From Podarcis gaigeae (lineage: Eukaryota): a stretch of DNA of 64,000 nt. The DNA is taken from assembly GCA_964106915.2 (NCBI GenBank), contig OZ066916.1. One strand, given 5' to 3'. The translations under genes were made by a program, and so were the position numbers. Each line of letters opens with the position of its first letter. Position 1 is the stretch's first letter. Of this stretch, positions 1 to 14,600 are shown piece by piece. The notes beneath the pieces are model-generated. The model was not told the origin of the DNA. It saw only the letters and a program-made list of their open reading frames with translations, and did not search any database.

Positions 1-191
1 CACCAGGCCTTTGGTCAGGGCGCAGCCTGACCCCCTCCTCTGGCAATCTGCACAGAATTTTGCTTAATGGTTGCCATCAATTTGATTTTAATTAATTTTA
101 TAATGAATGTTTTTAGAATGTTGGATTATTTTGATTGTTGTTAGCCACCCTGAGCCCAGCTTTGGCTGGGGAGGGTGGGATATAAATAAAA

Positions 192-231
<40 letters not shown>
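1..231 (+). mobile_element. 3' end of an L2-type LINE with a (TAT)n tail
   Basis: gttagccaccctgagccc...ggatataaataaaa followed by (tat)n; similar in layout to the L2 ends at 14870 and 63780. Confidence 0.65.
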
Positions 232-233
<2 letters not shown>

Positions 234-2991
234 AGCCTGAGACATCTTTAAGTTAAAGTAAACAAGTTAACTTCTACCTGAAGGAACACATTTTCTGACT
301 TTTGTTCAATAAGCTTTTCTTGTGTTTGTTCAACTCCTGCCTGAGACTCTAAATCATTAAGTTTTCTCTCACACAAGTCCCCCACTAGACAATCTGTGGT
401 AAATTGTAAAGTTTGTGTAACTGGTGTACCATGAGGTGGGTGAACTACCGGTATATTTCATAGGGGGCAGTTAGCAGGAGTGGATCTGCCACAATTGCAT
501 TCACATCCTGTATTTAAAACACTATGCCGCTTTTCGACAGTCATGACTTCTCTCAAAGAATTCTGGGAGCTGATAGTTCAGGAGTGTGACATGAGGCACT
601 GGGTAAGACACAAACTAGTGCAAGTGTGTGTCTGCAATGGGGATTCTCCTTCCTCTTCTCCTCTTTCCCTGCCCCCAAATCTGCCATGGGTGGTTGGAAT
701 ACACCCATAGCACTTTCTGAGGGCATGCGGAAGGTTCTGGGAGGCAGAGAGAAGAGAAACGGGAATTGTTGCAGGATCAAATGTCCATTGTGCAATCAGG
801 CAGACTTAACTGGATGTCGCCCACTGCTATGCTGTTAACATTTTGACACCACTAATGTCTCTGGTGTATGGGTTTTGCAGTGTGTTTCAGAAACACCGAG
901 TAAGTGATATTTGTGTTAATGCTTACATCCCAGTAACAAGGCTACTATCATCTTATTATCAACCCTCTAAGGAAGAGGGGAAAGACCCTTGTTATCTTTC
1001 CCCACTCAAACCCCTTTCTGTTGAGTAACACAACTGTACCCTGCTTTTCTGTACACTGCTTAGGAATTCTTTAACCAACTTATACACATATAAAATTCTA
1101 AATAAAATACAATGTATAGTTTGTAGAAGGCAAGTACTAAATTCCATTACACCTTTTTTGGTTCTATATTTGAGAACAAAGCAATAATGTTCTTGTTTAA
1201 AATGGTACCACCAAGTTGTTAGGTTTTCCAATGATTGTGCAGTATTAAATTACTACTGCTCTCCAAGGCTACTTAAAAAAAAACAACTTACACTGTCAGA
1301 TAAAGCAGACTAATGGCTAACTGAACAGCACAAACAGATGCTGCAGTTAAGAGGAATAAATAAACCGTACGAAATGAATGATGCTTCTCACTGTTACTGA
1401 CAGGTTAAAAAGGCGAAGTCTGCCCCAGTTAGGTGGACCTTGCATAAACGAGATGCAAGTGTCAGCAATGCTGAAGCAAGATTACAATTTCCCTATTTTG
1501 ATGCATACCTCTTACATTTTCTACTTAAGGGATATCCAGCAACCACATGTTAAAACCTTGTATCTTTAAAACATTTGCCTCCTGCGTCCAGGCATTATTG
1601 AAGGAGAGCCACTTTATCAATAAATGCCAGGGTTTCCATACAAACTCTAAGAATATTTCAACCATTTCACATTTCTGCGTGTTTGCTTTTTCACCTTTGA
1701 GTTCAGCTGTGGAGCAATGCTGCCACCTATGGAGGCTGTAAAGAAAAGTCCCACAAATAAAAATGGAGAAAGTTCAAGACAATTGTTCGGACCAGAAACA
1801 AATGAGAAGATGGAGTATACCAAAAACAAATCAGAAACTGAGCATTTTGGTAGCTGGATTTAAAGACAATCAAACAGGCGTGTCATCATTTAGACCTGAG
1901 CATAGACTTCTGCTATTCACTGTGGCTACTTTCCCAAATGAACCAAGGAAGGGGAAGGAACATGTCAATGTGAGACTCAAATACCAAAGGAATAGCAAAA
2001 ACATGGAAACCAAGTGCTGTAAATTAATAGCTTATATATAGTGTGTGGGAAATCATTTTTACCTGAGGGACATTTCTCTTCCCCTCCCCCCATCTCATAG
2101 GGCCACCCACCTTTCAATCATCTGGAGCAATGATTGAACTTTTTGCTCAGCAAGTGACGAATGTGCAGTCCAATTCTGCTCTCTGCAGGGGTCTGTTTTG
2201 CCAGCAGGATTGAACCCCAGTGACCTCAGCTGACTGACAGGTGGATGTGGCTCGGGGTAAATGCCCTTGTGGGCCAAATTAGATCTAATGGTGAGCAAAG
2301 GCCAGTCTACAAACCAGAAGTTCCTCACTCCTGTTGTATTCACTAGGCAAAACACTCCCACATAGCCCCAAAACGAATAAAATACAGACAAAAAAACCAA
2401 ACAACACCCCCCATGCAAACAAAAAAGAAGCAATTTCAATTTAAATTGTAACATTGGGAGGGGCAAGCAGCTCTGGCTGGCTCCGAGGGAGATGTCTGAG
2501 GATGCAATGGTGACAACTGGGGCCCAGGTTTAAATATATACCTTCAACTGTAAATACAGAACTAGCTAAATTTCACATTGTATTAAATTAAATGGCATAC
2601 AAGGATCTGACTGCATGTGTGTGTCATTAGATTCAGTGCAGAGACAAGTCTTTGGACTGCTCCCCCCCCCCCCCCGGAGACTTCTGTTTTCAAAGACCTG
2701 CATGTGCCCTATGCAACAACACACATACACAGAAAAGGAAAACACAGACTCACCATTTTTCATCGGAAACATTTTATGTACAAATCTACACAAGTATGGT
2801 AACTCCCCACCCTTCCCCATTAACTAGTCAGTGTATCTGTTGTGTATACTCCACGTATACACCTCATAAATCAAATTAGATTATGAAAATTCATTTACAT
2901 ATATAAAAGAGCTGTTCAAATAGTAATAAAAATGGCACTAACCCTGCAAGAAGTTATTTTTTAAAAAATCAAATCTACACGCCATTTGTAG

Positions 2992-2997
2992 TTTAAT
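2992..2997 (-). terminator. Candidate distal poly(A) signal ATTAAA followed by GU/U-rich sequence
   Basis: tttaat on the + strand; the minus strand continues ggcgtgtagatttgatttttt. Confidence 0.25.
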
Positions 2998-5167
2998 GAC
3001 CGCTACAGCTGTTCCCAGCAGCAGTAATTGTTTCTGATTCAAATACCTAAAATTTCCCTTGCAATTGAGTCTGATTTGCAGCAACTACAGACTGTAAAGT
3101 ATTACAAAGGTTGCCTTATGCATCTCGTATTACCTGTTAAACTAGGTTCCAGATTCATAAACTATTCTGCCTTTAAAATTTCCTCTTTACCAGAGATGGC
3201 TAGTGGGAAACCCCAGTTATGGCTGCATGCCAATCAAGGAGAGAAGGGAAAGCCATCCTGGTAGCCATGTGGACTGTGGCAGGAGAGATAAGAGTTCCAG
3301 GAGTTTCCACCTTAAGGATGCAGGATTCACAGCCCTCCAGATGCTGTCAGACTACAACTCCCATCAGCCCCTGCCAGCATGACAAATGGCCAGGGATGAT
3401 GGGAGTCCAAAAACACCAGGAGGGCCAGAGATTCCCTGTGCTAGCTAGTTCCTGCTTGGACAAGCTTCCTTCTCCCTACTTTACTGACCTGAAACAGTCA
3501 AATCCCACCAAAGTACCAGATCATGAAGGGTGAGGCTTCGAAAACCAATACAGTCATTTTATGGCAGGAGATTAGGTCGCAATTCCCTGGGAATGTTGCA
3601 AGTGCAGATACCACTGAGGTTTGTGCCTCTGAACATCTGACTCTTCTGATAACCTATTAATTGTGGAGCAAGAGAAGCTAGAATAATTTCAGTGACACAG
3701 GAGCACGGGGTTTGTCGGTGGTGCAAGAGCTCATAGCTACCACCAAAAATGAAAGTCAGTAATACTCCCTTGTTGGAAATAGGAAGGCATCTTAAGACTT
3801 GCATCCTAGCGGTAATACATTTCATCCTCTTTTTGTCATTATTTATACAAGCTTAATTTCTGTTGATTTTGTTTCTGAAGAACAAAATGCAAAGGTCAAC
3901 ATGTCCTTGCAGACATCTGCTGTGAGCCCCACCTACTTAAGGTAAATGCTCATCTGCATACAATTAGCCTCACCCCTTCCACTGTAGGGAGAAAAACACA
4001 TCTTTATGTTCAACCACAAGTGAATCGCTTTTGATGACAACAAGTGAATGCTTAAGCAAAGCCCAGGGCCATACCTTTCACTGTGAGACTGTCAGCCATG
4101 TTAATCTGCACAGAATGCACAACAGTGTGCTCAACGACTACACTGTAAGCTTCAACGTGAGTATGCTGAAATTAAAAGGTCATGAATATTATCTTTGGAC
4201 TTCACTGACTTTAGACAATACTGAATTGAAAACATTATCTGTGCATATGTCTAAGACATTGGGGGGATATTTGACCCTTGAATGATCATTGATATGACTA
4301 TATGACTAGTCACATTAATACCATACATGGAGACACTATACATATTATTCTTTTCCCAACCTGTTTCCCATAGATTGCCCAGTGTGAGTATTACACTCAT
4401 CACACAGAAGCATCTATATTCAAATTTTCACACTATTGTCAACATGGAATTATGAAGGAAATGTTATGGAACTTAAGTTCCATATATATTTCCTTTCCCT
4501 AGAGTGCTTATATTTGTGGCAGCTCATTAAGAATTGAGAAGACTATGGAATCTAGGATGATAATACAGAGATTTTCTTAGGTATAGTGGCTTCATAGCAA
4601 TACATTTTTCATCACAATGATCACAGGAATTGTTTCCAGGTAAAGATAGTTTTGTCAGTATTATGTCACATTAGCTTTCACATATGAATGTGTTTTAGGA
4701 GACAGAAAGGGTAGGTACATGGTTTTATGTGACTTAAACAAATGAATGTAGTAAGTTTGTGTGGCATACTTTGTGCCACTATTGTCCTGATTACATAAGG
4801 AATACAAGCACCATTTATAATTTGGATGGCCCAATGAAGGAACATCTAATTTTTACAGATGTCTTTGTTAGGAAAATTGACCCTTCATTGGAGAAATGAA
4901 GCCATAACAAGCAATCTGAAAATAGTGGAAATTAGATGGGACCATACCAAAGGCACAATGGTTCCCATAAGAAAAAAGTTCTGTACATACTGTTCCTGTG
5001 CAACAAAATCAGTTAAGATCACACAGCTACCTGCCCAACCAGTTTTGCTACAGTAGTTTGCATTGACTTGGGAGAAAGGGAGAAGGCTTTCTGTAAGCCA
5101 ACTGCAGCACTGACAATGCCCCTTAACAATGCAATATTTGTGATGTATCCAATGAATACATCACGCT

Positions 5168-5173
5168 TTTATT
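5168..5173 (-). terminator. Candidate proximal poly(A) signal AATAAA, ~70 nt after the ARHGAP18 stop
   Basis: tttatt on the + strand; use not demonstrated. Confidence 0.4.
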
Positions 5174-5242
5174 TTGGTGCACGTGAACATTAGTTTTACA
5201 AAAATCAGTCACAGTTAATCTCTTTGTAAATTAAAAAAAAAG

Positions 5243-5334
5243 TCAGCAGTTTTTAGATTTTATAACCCACTCAGCATTTGGGTTTAGCTGATGCAAATCC
5301 TTCATGTAGGTATCATCATCCAGGCAGCGTTCAC
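5243..5334 (-). CDS. ARHGAP18: ARHGAP18 exon 15, coding part (92 nt): ERCLDDDTYMKDLHQLNPNAEWVIKSKNC*
   Basis: Acceptor taacag|GT; TGA at 5245-5243. Confidence 0.96.
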
Positions 5335-8300
5335 CTGTTAGGAAAACACATATATTATGTAAAACTACAGATTATTTTGAAAATGATTAAGACTGTATGC
5401 AAATAGGAATAAGTCCTATTGAGCTTAGTGGAAGTTGTTTCTGTGTCAACATGCATCGGATTATGGAAACAGAGGAAATGAGGACCAACCAAGGGATGAA
5501 ACCAAACCACAACTTTATTAACTCTGATTGAGTTAATAACTGAAGCAAACCATAACACCTAATCACACAGTGATCTCAGCAGATCAGATGCTGAATTCTA
5601 AGTGAGTTCCACACTGGTTCAGAGACAGAAGAAGTAAAAACCACTGATCAGTCAACTGCCACGCTTTGTGGTACACTTAGGGAATCCATACTAAATTCAC
5701 CCTCCAAGCCAATTACTTTTAGATGGGCAAGTCCAGCATGCCCCCAGCTTCCTCACCCCAATTGTCTTGAAAGGATGGTCACTTTATGTTTCACCTTAAG
5801 GAGCACACCAATCTTTACTGCTCTCTCTTTTACTTGTACTATTCCAGCAGTTGTGAACGTATAATGATAATCTAATTAGGCCCTGTGCAATACATCTCCC
5901 CTGCTGAGAATCCTACTCAGCTCTGAAGCTGGCCAGTTAATACCATACCATGGCTAAAGGGAGAGTGGGTGGGTGCTGAGCTCCCTACAAATCTATTGCC
6001 TGTTTTTTGAGGTAGTGCTGATTAATACAGCCCTCAATCCTCATTGACTGTCACTGCATGAGGACACACTTTGCCAATAAATCCTCACCTCGCTCTTTCT
6101 ACTCCTGTACATTCAAACCTGCACATCAGGGGAAAGCTTCTAGCCTAATTCTTGACATACGTCACTTCCAAAACAATAGGTATTGGGGGCACTTCCAAGC
6201 AAGAAATTATTCATACACCTGTATGAGGTCATTCCAGCTGCAACATGTGCTTTAAGCAAAGTTTGAAACCAGCACCAAGTCTACAGTGTAAAGAACCTTA
6301 CCAATGTTCCCTCCAACTTCATATAAAAACACTTCTTCTTTCTTCAGAGACTGGACGGTCCCACTACAAAGGAATGCAACAAAATTATTCAGCAGAGTAC
6401 CAAATAACTTGCAACCAAAAGCTACTAGATGTGCTTAGGAAAATGCTCTACAGCTCAGGAGATTTGCCAGTGCGCTAAAATTATCTTGCTATCTTTCTCC
6501 ATCTGTTAACTTACTGAATAAACATCTCATATTGGGATGATTAGAAAAAGGAGCTACACGCTACAATGAACTGCATGGAAACAAAATTACTTGTAGAAAC
6601 TCATATACTCAAAGGTCCACAAAGGTGATTTGCGGAATCCTATAGTCCCCAAGATACCCTCACAGAGACCCACAGCACCGTGCCCTAAATATACACTGGT
6701 CCCTTGAGCTTAATTATGTCAGGGTACATTTGTTTTTTTTCTTGCTGCAGAATCAAGTCAACACAAAGAAGAAGAGGAGGAGGAGGAGGAGGAGGAGGAG
6801 GAGGAGTCGTGATGGAGTTTGGGAGAAAATGAGAGACGGAAATGCTTGTACCTTTTTTGGCTGAGGAACCTGGCCACTACATCACAAGCTTTTAGTTCTT
6901 CCGTCAGCTGGATTGCCATGGAAACTTTGGAAAGATGAGGCGCTTGCACCCGTATTACTCCCTGAGGAACATCAGCCTGCAGAGCAATAATGGAATTGGA
7001 ATGGAGCAGCTTGCAGCTGGCTTTAGGAGTTTCTCCAAACATAGTGCAGAATAAATAGTTGGGACAGCTCACGTACTGAATACTCAAGTTAGGGATATTG
7101 TATGGAGAGCAAGATGGCGGGGTGGGTGGGAATTACCAGTTATACAATTTTGCAAAATGCTTAAAGACGCCTATATTTTACATTGTTACCACCACATTTG
7201 CACAGGGCACATTATGAAGCATGATTTTGTGATATTACATTTGCACATTAATCGGATCCTGTTGTGCACCAGAAACTAACAAAATATTATTCTGAATTGT
7301 ACCTTAGGTTATTATAAGAACATTTCTGAACCAATTAGATATTTTTTAACCAAATGTGAATTCTCTTTTCAGTTATACTACAGACCTAAAGAAAAGCTTT
7401 CATGCAACTCTTAATTGCAAAATGTGAAGAAATGAGTTTAATTTCAAATTCTGAATGAACTATCTCATATCAAATTATAAAATGAAATTGCTTTTAAAAT
7501 CTTAGGGTTCTTTCCTTCTTTAAAATCCAACACATCCTACATAAAGTTTTATTAAAACCTATCTTATTAGTTGTAATCCTTGGATAACCTCTGGAAGGTT
7601 TTTGCTACTATAGCCTAGCTTCTCATATACTAGATTTAATAACGGGAAAGAAAGCATTAGGAGTGCCAGCAGAGCAGGTGGTATCCACTTCTCAGCTTGC
7701 AAAAAAAGAAAATACAAACTCTTTTTTATTACAGAACAGAGGCACAGATAATAATGGATAGGTGAGTTGGGAAGCTATATGTAGAGGGTTACAAAGTCTT
7801 CCTACTAATGTGTAGGGCAAGAAACCAATAGCTTCCAACTCCTTCCAGAAACTGTAATAATAATCATAATAATTTATGTTCCCTTCCTTTAGTGCCTGCA
7901 GGCCTGATATGGGTCCCAATTTGGCCTACAAGGCCATTTCCCCCAAACTACGGCCACTTGCCCAACCACTGATGTTATATGTTGGTGCCAATTGTTGGTG
8001 GTTGCAAAGTGTTTTGCTTATTCAACAGCGAGATCCACAGAGTTCCCTTCATCAGCTGACTGGTGCTGGCAGCTAGTGAGTCCCACTGGGATCAGCTACA
8101 CTGCAGAGCTACTGATCAGGAAGCTGAGGACGTACAGTCCTTTGCAAGCCCCCCCCCCCCCGGCATCAGATGATTCCCTTTCAAAGCACTGCCTTTACCC
8201 ACAACAGTTTGATTTCAAGCCACATGGGCAAGGAAAACACGCCCACTGACGCCACTATGATTGGTCCCAGGGGACTGACAGGTTGGTTGACACAGGGTGG

Positions 8301-11300
8301 AAGAGATAAGGATCCACCCCTACTTTACTGTAGCACTCTATATTCCTAATGGCCAAGCTGACTTTTGCCATTTCTAGATAGGTCTAGACCAGCGTTGGCC
8401 AAAGTTGGGTCTCCAGCTGTTTTGGGACTACAATTCCCATCATCCCTGACTACTGGTCCTGTTAGCTAGGGATGATGGGAGTTGTAGTCCAAAAACAGCT
8501 GGAGACCCAAGTTTGGCCAACACTGGCATTGAGAAATAATTTGTTCAGTATCAAGATGGCCTGAAATGACTGAAGCCAGCTATATCCAGTAGATGTTTGC
8601 ACAACACACTGAAGGCATGCTGTGTAATGAGTTCCACTTGCCTTCCTGCTACATCGTCAGGTGACAGCCTGAGTCACCTTGACTTGTACTGCGGTGATCA
8701 GGGACAAAGAGTGCAGGGCTCACACTCATTAAAAGACAATGGAAAAAGGGAATTGGAGAAGGTGCTAGATATTCTTACTCTCCTGAGGTTCCCTCTTGTC
8801 TATACAGCTGCATACAAAGCGCATGGCATGCTGCACTATCCAAGCCCATAAACAATAACAACTTTTTATTTACTTTTTATTTACCAAGAGAATTCAGTTT
8901 CAAATTTTAGTTTTGAAATTGCTGTAATTAAGAGAGCTGACCAAATTTTGAGGATTCTGCATGCTGTGCCCTAGATACATATGAAGCAGTGAGCTATAGG
9001 GCCTAATTTTAACATCAGGAGGCCACAGTGGGGATAAGGGTAGGGGAACCCTTTTCTGCTTTATTGTCGGATGCTTTGTCACTCAAACTCCCTCCCCCAG
9101 CCAGGTCAGAAACTGGAATGGTGGAGCACAAGGAGTTAAACTGGGAAAAGGTTTATCTCCTGCTCTTATTTTATATTTAAAAGTTAAATACACAGCACCC
9201 AAAAAAATTGTAACAAAAATGCCTACCATCACCACATCCAGTTTGGCCCCCAATATGCCAATAGATTATAATGAATAATCATTATTAGAACGTGATGAGC
9301 CAGTGCAATTTTGCATTCTTCCACAAGATGTCTCTAATTCACTAAATTCTGAATATGACTTTAGTTAATGATGGGTTACACACATCCAAAGAGAATCTGC
9401 ATTCAGAATACAAATCATGTATGTATTCTGATATTTGATCTTAACACAGGCTGGGTATAATTAATGAGAGACAAAGTTATGTTTAACCAATCAAGAACAA
9501 CAGAGCAGCAAGTATTTACCCCAAAACGCTAGTGACTGTGAATTGATTTGTACCTTTAAATATATATATATATCTCCATACTTAAAAAGGGGGATGGATT
9601 TGGTTTCTTATGCTGCTGTTCTTACAGATACTTCCATGACTGTTTTTAGAGACTGTGTTCTAAAATCACTTTATTGTTTATTGGCATTTTTTATGTGGTG
9701 CACTAATCTGGATGCCAAACTGACAAAAGAAATAAACTTCAATTATTTCAGAAGCACTCTTCTACTTTCCTCTACTGAAACAAGTATGCAGTTTACACCC
9801 TTGCTCAGGGCCATGAATCTTTACCTTTCACTCTGAAAGTGAAGCAAGAAAGCTAGGTACGACTGAACCATTACAGTTTCGCAACATTAAGCAAGCGCTT
9901 TGGAACGTCAAGCGTTACAAATATAGGCCTTCCGAACTGGAACATCTAGCCATTTTGATTATCTTAGTAACTAAATACATGTTATAAACCCTTCTTTGCT
10001 AATAGGCAAGGCATTGTTTTAATAAGATCATGTTTTTCAGATAATTACATTTATTCATCAAGAAAAGGCAAATTGTAAATATGGCAGCGCTGCTATTTTA
10101 TCACTACCACTAGCTCTGGTAGTTCCAATTGGAGAACAGCCTTTACCAAAGGTGCCATGGGCTTTGAAGACACTCCAACTCAGGACGCAAGGGAGAAACA
10201 TGCTAAGAGGAAGGCATGCTTGGCAAACCCCACCGTGATTAACTCCAGCCCAGAAACCTATGTCCCCACTGTGGAAAGATGTGCGGATCCAGAATTGGCC
10301 TCCACAGTCATTGTTAAAACTGTGTTTATGGAAGACAATCTTACTCAGCTACAAGCAATCACCAAAGAAGAAGACGACCTACTCTAATTTACTGAAAGTT
10401 ACTTGCTTACCTCATTGACACTTTTTACATCATTGACATTTTTATCTTGCTTCTCGTGTTTTTCACGGTCATAAGCCATTTTCTTCAGCAATTTTTTCAC
10501 AGCTTTGTCCTTTTTCTCCTTTTTCTGACTTTCAGTATTTTGTTTTCTTACTTGGTTCACAAGGAATGTAGGAATCTAAGCAGACATAAAATCTATTATT
10601 AACACCATTGATGCAGTCAGCTCCTCCAAACAAATGTTTATATCCTTCTAGTGACAAGACATATCAAATATGGAATATCAAACACCAATATTAATGTCAA
10701 ACAAGAACAGAATTATATTGTTAAAAATGAGACACAAATGATAGATGCAAAGACATGGTATGAAATATAATTGCACAGAACCTCTTCATAGTAAAACCAT
10801 ATAAGGAGTAGCTAATCATCTCAGGTCAGTTTTTGTACAAGTAACGGGGTCTATATTGGTGTCATGAAATCAGACTCCCCCGCAAGCAGTTTCTCATGAA
10901 TGGTGCTCTGTCTTCCATATTGTTGTTTGCATGTGTGAATAAACCTACAGAAGGGCAAAACTAAGCTTTCAACACTAATGTATATGGAAATAACCAAGAT
11001 ATAACAAAATACGGCACTAGTGGTATAATTCATTCTAGAATTTGTTTTCTGTCTTTCTGTGTAATACATACTCAAAAAAATTGTGTCACCAACATGAAAA
11101 ATTTGGAAAACTCTTCTCTAATGACAATAAGCACTTTTAAACAAACTTACAGTCCATAAAAGGTTTTGGTTTCTAATCATAAAACGCATGACATTTGCTG
11201 TCCCAGCCGCCATAACGAACTCGCTTTGCTCTGTGTTCTTTGAGCCCAAACCATGAAACATGAAGATGTTTGGAGCCATAACCATGGCAACATTCTTTAG

Positions 11301-11610
11301 GGTCATTTTATTTTTATCTCGGTGATCAATTACCCTTTGAAGAAATTCAAGCAGTGCCTGAAAATGAGAACAGGATTGGCAAAGTAGGCATGTGCAAACA
11401 AACAAGAAACATGCTCAAATAGTGCGCTTTTTAAAAAGTATGTTCTAGTTCTAGTATGTGCACAGCGTTAAATCAACTAGTAACTTCAGTAGTTAAACTA
11501 AACAAGTGATTTCTCCAAAAATCAAAGTCAACTTCCTTTTACTTTCAGTAAAAAGAAAGGTAGGCATCTGAAATCTTTATTCTGGATCAGAGATAGCCAA
11601 CATGATGTCC

Positions 11611-11664
<54 letters not shown>

Positions 11665-14600
11665 AATAAATAAATAATTGTCATTGTACAACCTGTGTAC
11701 AATGAAATTAAACAAGCCTTGTTTAACTACAATTTCCATGAGCCCAAGCCAGCATGGCCAATGGTCAGGGTGATAGGAGTTGGATTCCACCAACATCTGT
11801 AGGAAACCACACTGGCTATCCTTCTTCTAACGAAGATATGGTTGACTAGGTCAAGCATATATCACATATTCAAGGTTGCCCTAGATTTTGTTTAGCTGTT
11901 CTCTGGTTCTTTGCAAGACCAGCAGTGACCCTCTCTCTGGGCTGCCTCACTCCTTAAAGGTAAATTTGTGTTAGTGGTTGTGAGATTCATTATGGGGCTG
12001 GGAAGGGACCTTGTAGGCCAACTAGTCTAGCAGAAAATCCAGAGGTAGAGTATCCATCAATGGCTGTCCAGACCCAACTTGAAAACCTCCAGTGTGGAAC
12101 AGTCCCTCTAGTTTTATTGCTAAATTGTTCTTATGGTCAAGTGATTTCTCCTAATGTTGTACTAATAGCTATCCTCTAAGCCCATTAGATCTGAGGCAGA
12201 AGAACAAGTGAGAGCTTTTCTGATATTTGAGGAGTGCTACCATATCAGTCCAGGGACGCAGGTGGCGCTGTGGGTTAAAGCCTCAGCGCCTAGGACTTGC
12301 CGATCGAAAGGTCGGCGGTTCGAATCCCTGCGGCGGGGTGCGCTCCCGCTGCTCGGTCCCAGCGCCTGCCAACCTAGCAGTTCGAAAGCACCTCCGGGTA
12401 CAAGTAGATAAATAGGGACCGCTTACCAGCGGGAAGGTAAACGGCGTTTCCGTGTGCGGCTCTGGCTCGCCAGAGCAGCGATGTCACGCTGGCCACGTGA
12501 CCCGGAAGTGTCTCCGGACAGCGCTGGCCCCTGGCCTCTTGAGTGAGATGGGCGCACAACCCCAGAGTCTGTCAAGACTGGCCCGTACGGGCAGGGGTAC
12601 CTTTACCTTTACCTTTACCATATCAGTCCTCTTATTCAGGGTAAACATACCCATTCCCTTAACCTCTCCTCAAAGGAGAGGTTGTTTCCATACCCCCGAC
12701 CATCCTTTCTGAAACCATTCTAATTTGTCCACATTCTCCTTTGAAGTGTAGTGCCAAGAATTAGGCCCCGCACTTACACCTTTCCCGCAATCAAGATTCC
12801 AGGCCTATCCTTGTGGTAGAAGCATGGCTCTGGAACCCCAACTGGGGAGGAAGAGAAGTGGGGAGTAGCCCTAGGTGCTGTGGGTAGAAGTGTAATTGCA
12901 GAAGTGCTTTTTTAATGGTGAAGTCTTAAGTCTAACCTTAAGAGTATCTCTATTTCCATCTGGGAGAAGGAGGACCAAAAGATTCAGTGCTTGCAGCTGA
13001 TGCTTCTTCGTTGGAAGTTCTGTCAGTGAAACATGCAAATCTCAATTTGTGAGTATGTTTTTGAATCGTTTTGCATTTTCCTCAAAAATATTAATGTTTA
13101 TGGATTTCTCTTGGTTATCTTCACAGGTAAAAAGCAACCAAGACATTTTGACACCTCAGGCAAACCAAAAAATGGCACCCCACTCTCCGTCAGGTAAGAA
13201 GGGGAGGTGAACATCAACATCAGGAACAAAGGAAGTTTAAATGTCTACATTGGGATTGACAGCCCTGTGGATCCTGCTGCCTCACCTAGCATCTTGTTTT
13301 CCGATTCTGTTTCATGACTCAACTGCCACAAGATCCATTATTACCAATTTTGAGATTCACGATTTCCCAGGTAATGCCTTACTTTTGCTACTTTGTTTCA
13401 TAATGTAATGCTTATTAATACAATATTTAGTAGACCAAATAAAAATCCTTCACAGATGAAACATCCATTTATGCCCACGACTATGCAAGGAATTTATGAC
13501 AGTCAGTAAAAAGAATGGCTTAGTGTCACATGCTAAAAAGCTCACTGAAGCACAATGCTCTTTGTTGACCATGCTTCTGGTATTGCTGCATTGCAAGTCA
13601 TTTGTGGTGCTAAATGTAGTATGGGAGTTCCACATCTCTGGAGGATTTCTAAGGCAGCAATTACAACCAACAACAACATCATTAGGTGTGTTCAGCAACC
13701 TTGAAAATCTCTATGTAGACATTTTCTTTAAATCATGGCAGACAGGGTTGCCAACTGGAATAAAATATTGGAGGGAGGTAAGCCCTGCCCTACATAATTA
13801 TTATTTTTTTTCCCACTATGAAAGACATAAATATCGTTTTATGAATTCATCTACTGTTTGCTGAACAGTATGAGGCACTTGTGTACAGAAAACCATTCTG
13901 TGTGTTTGTTTTCAGATGCAAGCAAGCTAATGGACTATTTGCAGAAAATTTCATGGACTCCCTTGCCAATGAAGAATAGCCATGCCCAGAAAAGATTAAT
14001 GGTGCAAGTGGTTGTTTAACTATTCCACATCAAAGAACTATGAGGGAGAACATTTTCCAGAACTGTAGGAACACAATTCTTGTATGTGCAACATGATATT
14101 CTACAACATGGGTTATTAACCTGTAGCCTGCAAGGCCATACAGATTTTTTCTCCTTGTGGCTCTCCAGAACTCCACAAAGTTTGTTATTTCTAGAACTGT
14201 TTGGGGGGGTTAATTACGGAGTCCTCCCCTAGGTTCCCTATAGGGATGTAAGAAGGCTGACCTGGAAAAAAAGGCCTGCTCTGCATAATGACTCCCCTAA
14301 TTCTGAACCAGGACTTATGCTTACTTTGCACATCCTGGAAGGCCTTGAGATACTCCACAGTGAGCAGCGGTTGAGGCAGTTCTCGAATAAAGAGTTTCAG
14401 AAGACTTGCTGCATCGTGCTGTTTTACATTTTCCCAGTGGAAAGTCCCTTCATAAAACTTTGCTTCAAGCTCCTGGCAAAGATTCTAGAAGACAAGAGGC
14501 TGAAAAGTCTTTATGCACTTCACACATACATTTAATGCTTTTAAAAAGGGGGCATATGAAATCGTCTTATTTATCCAAAACATCAACGGTAAAACTAGGC

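Noticed and set aside
5243-5260. C-terminal Cys (KSKNC*) as a prenylation signal
   Set aside because: Not a CAAX, CC or CXC motif.
12253-12340. tRNA-like A/B boxes (also near 16640-16726 and 19130-19197)
   Set aside because: These are SINE heads continuous with SINE bodies, tails and TSDs, not tRNA genes.
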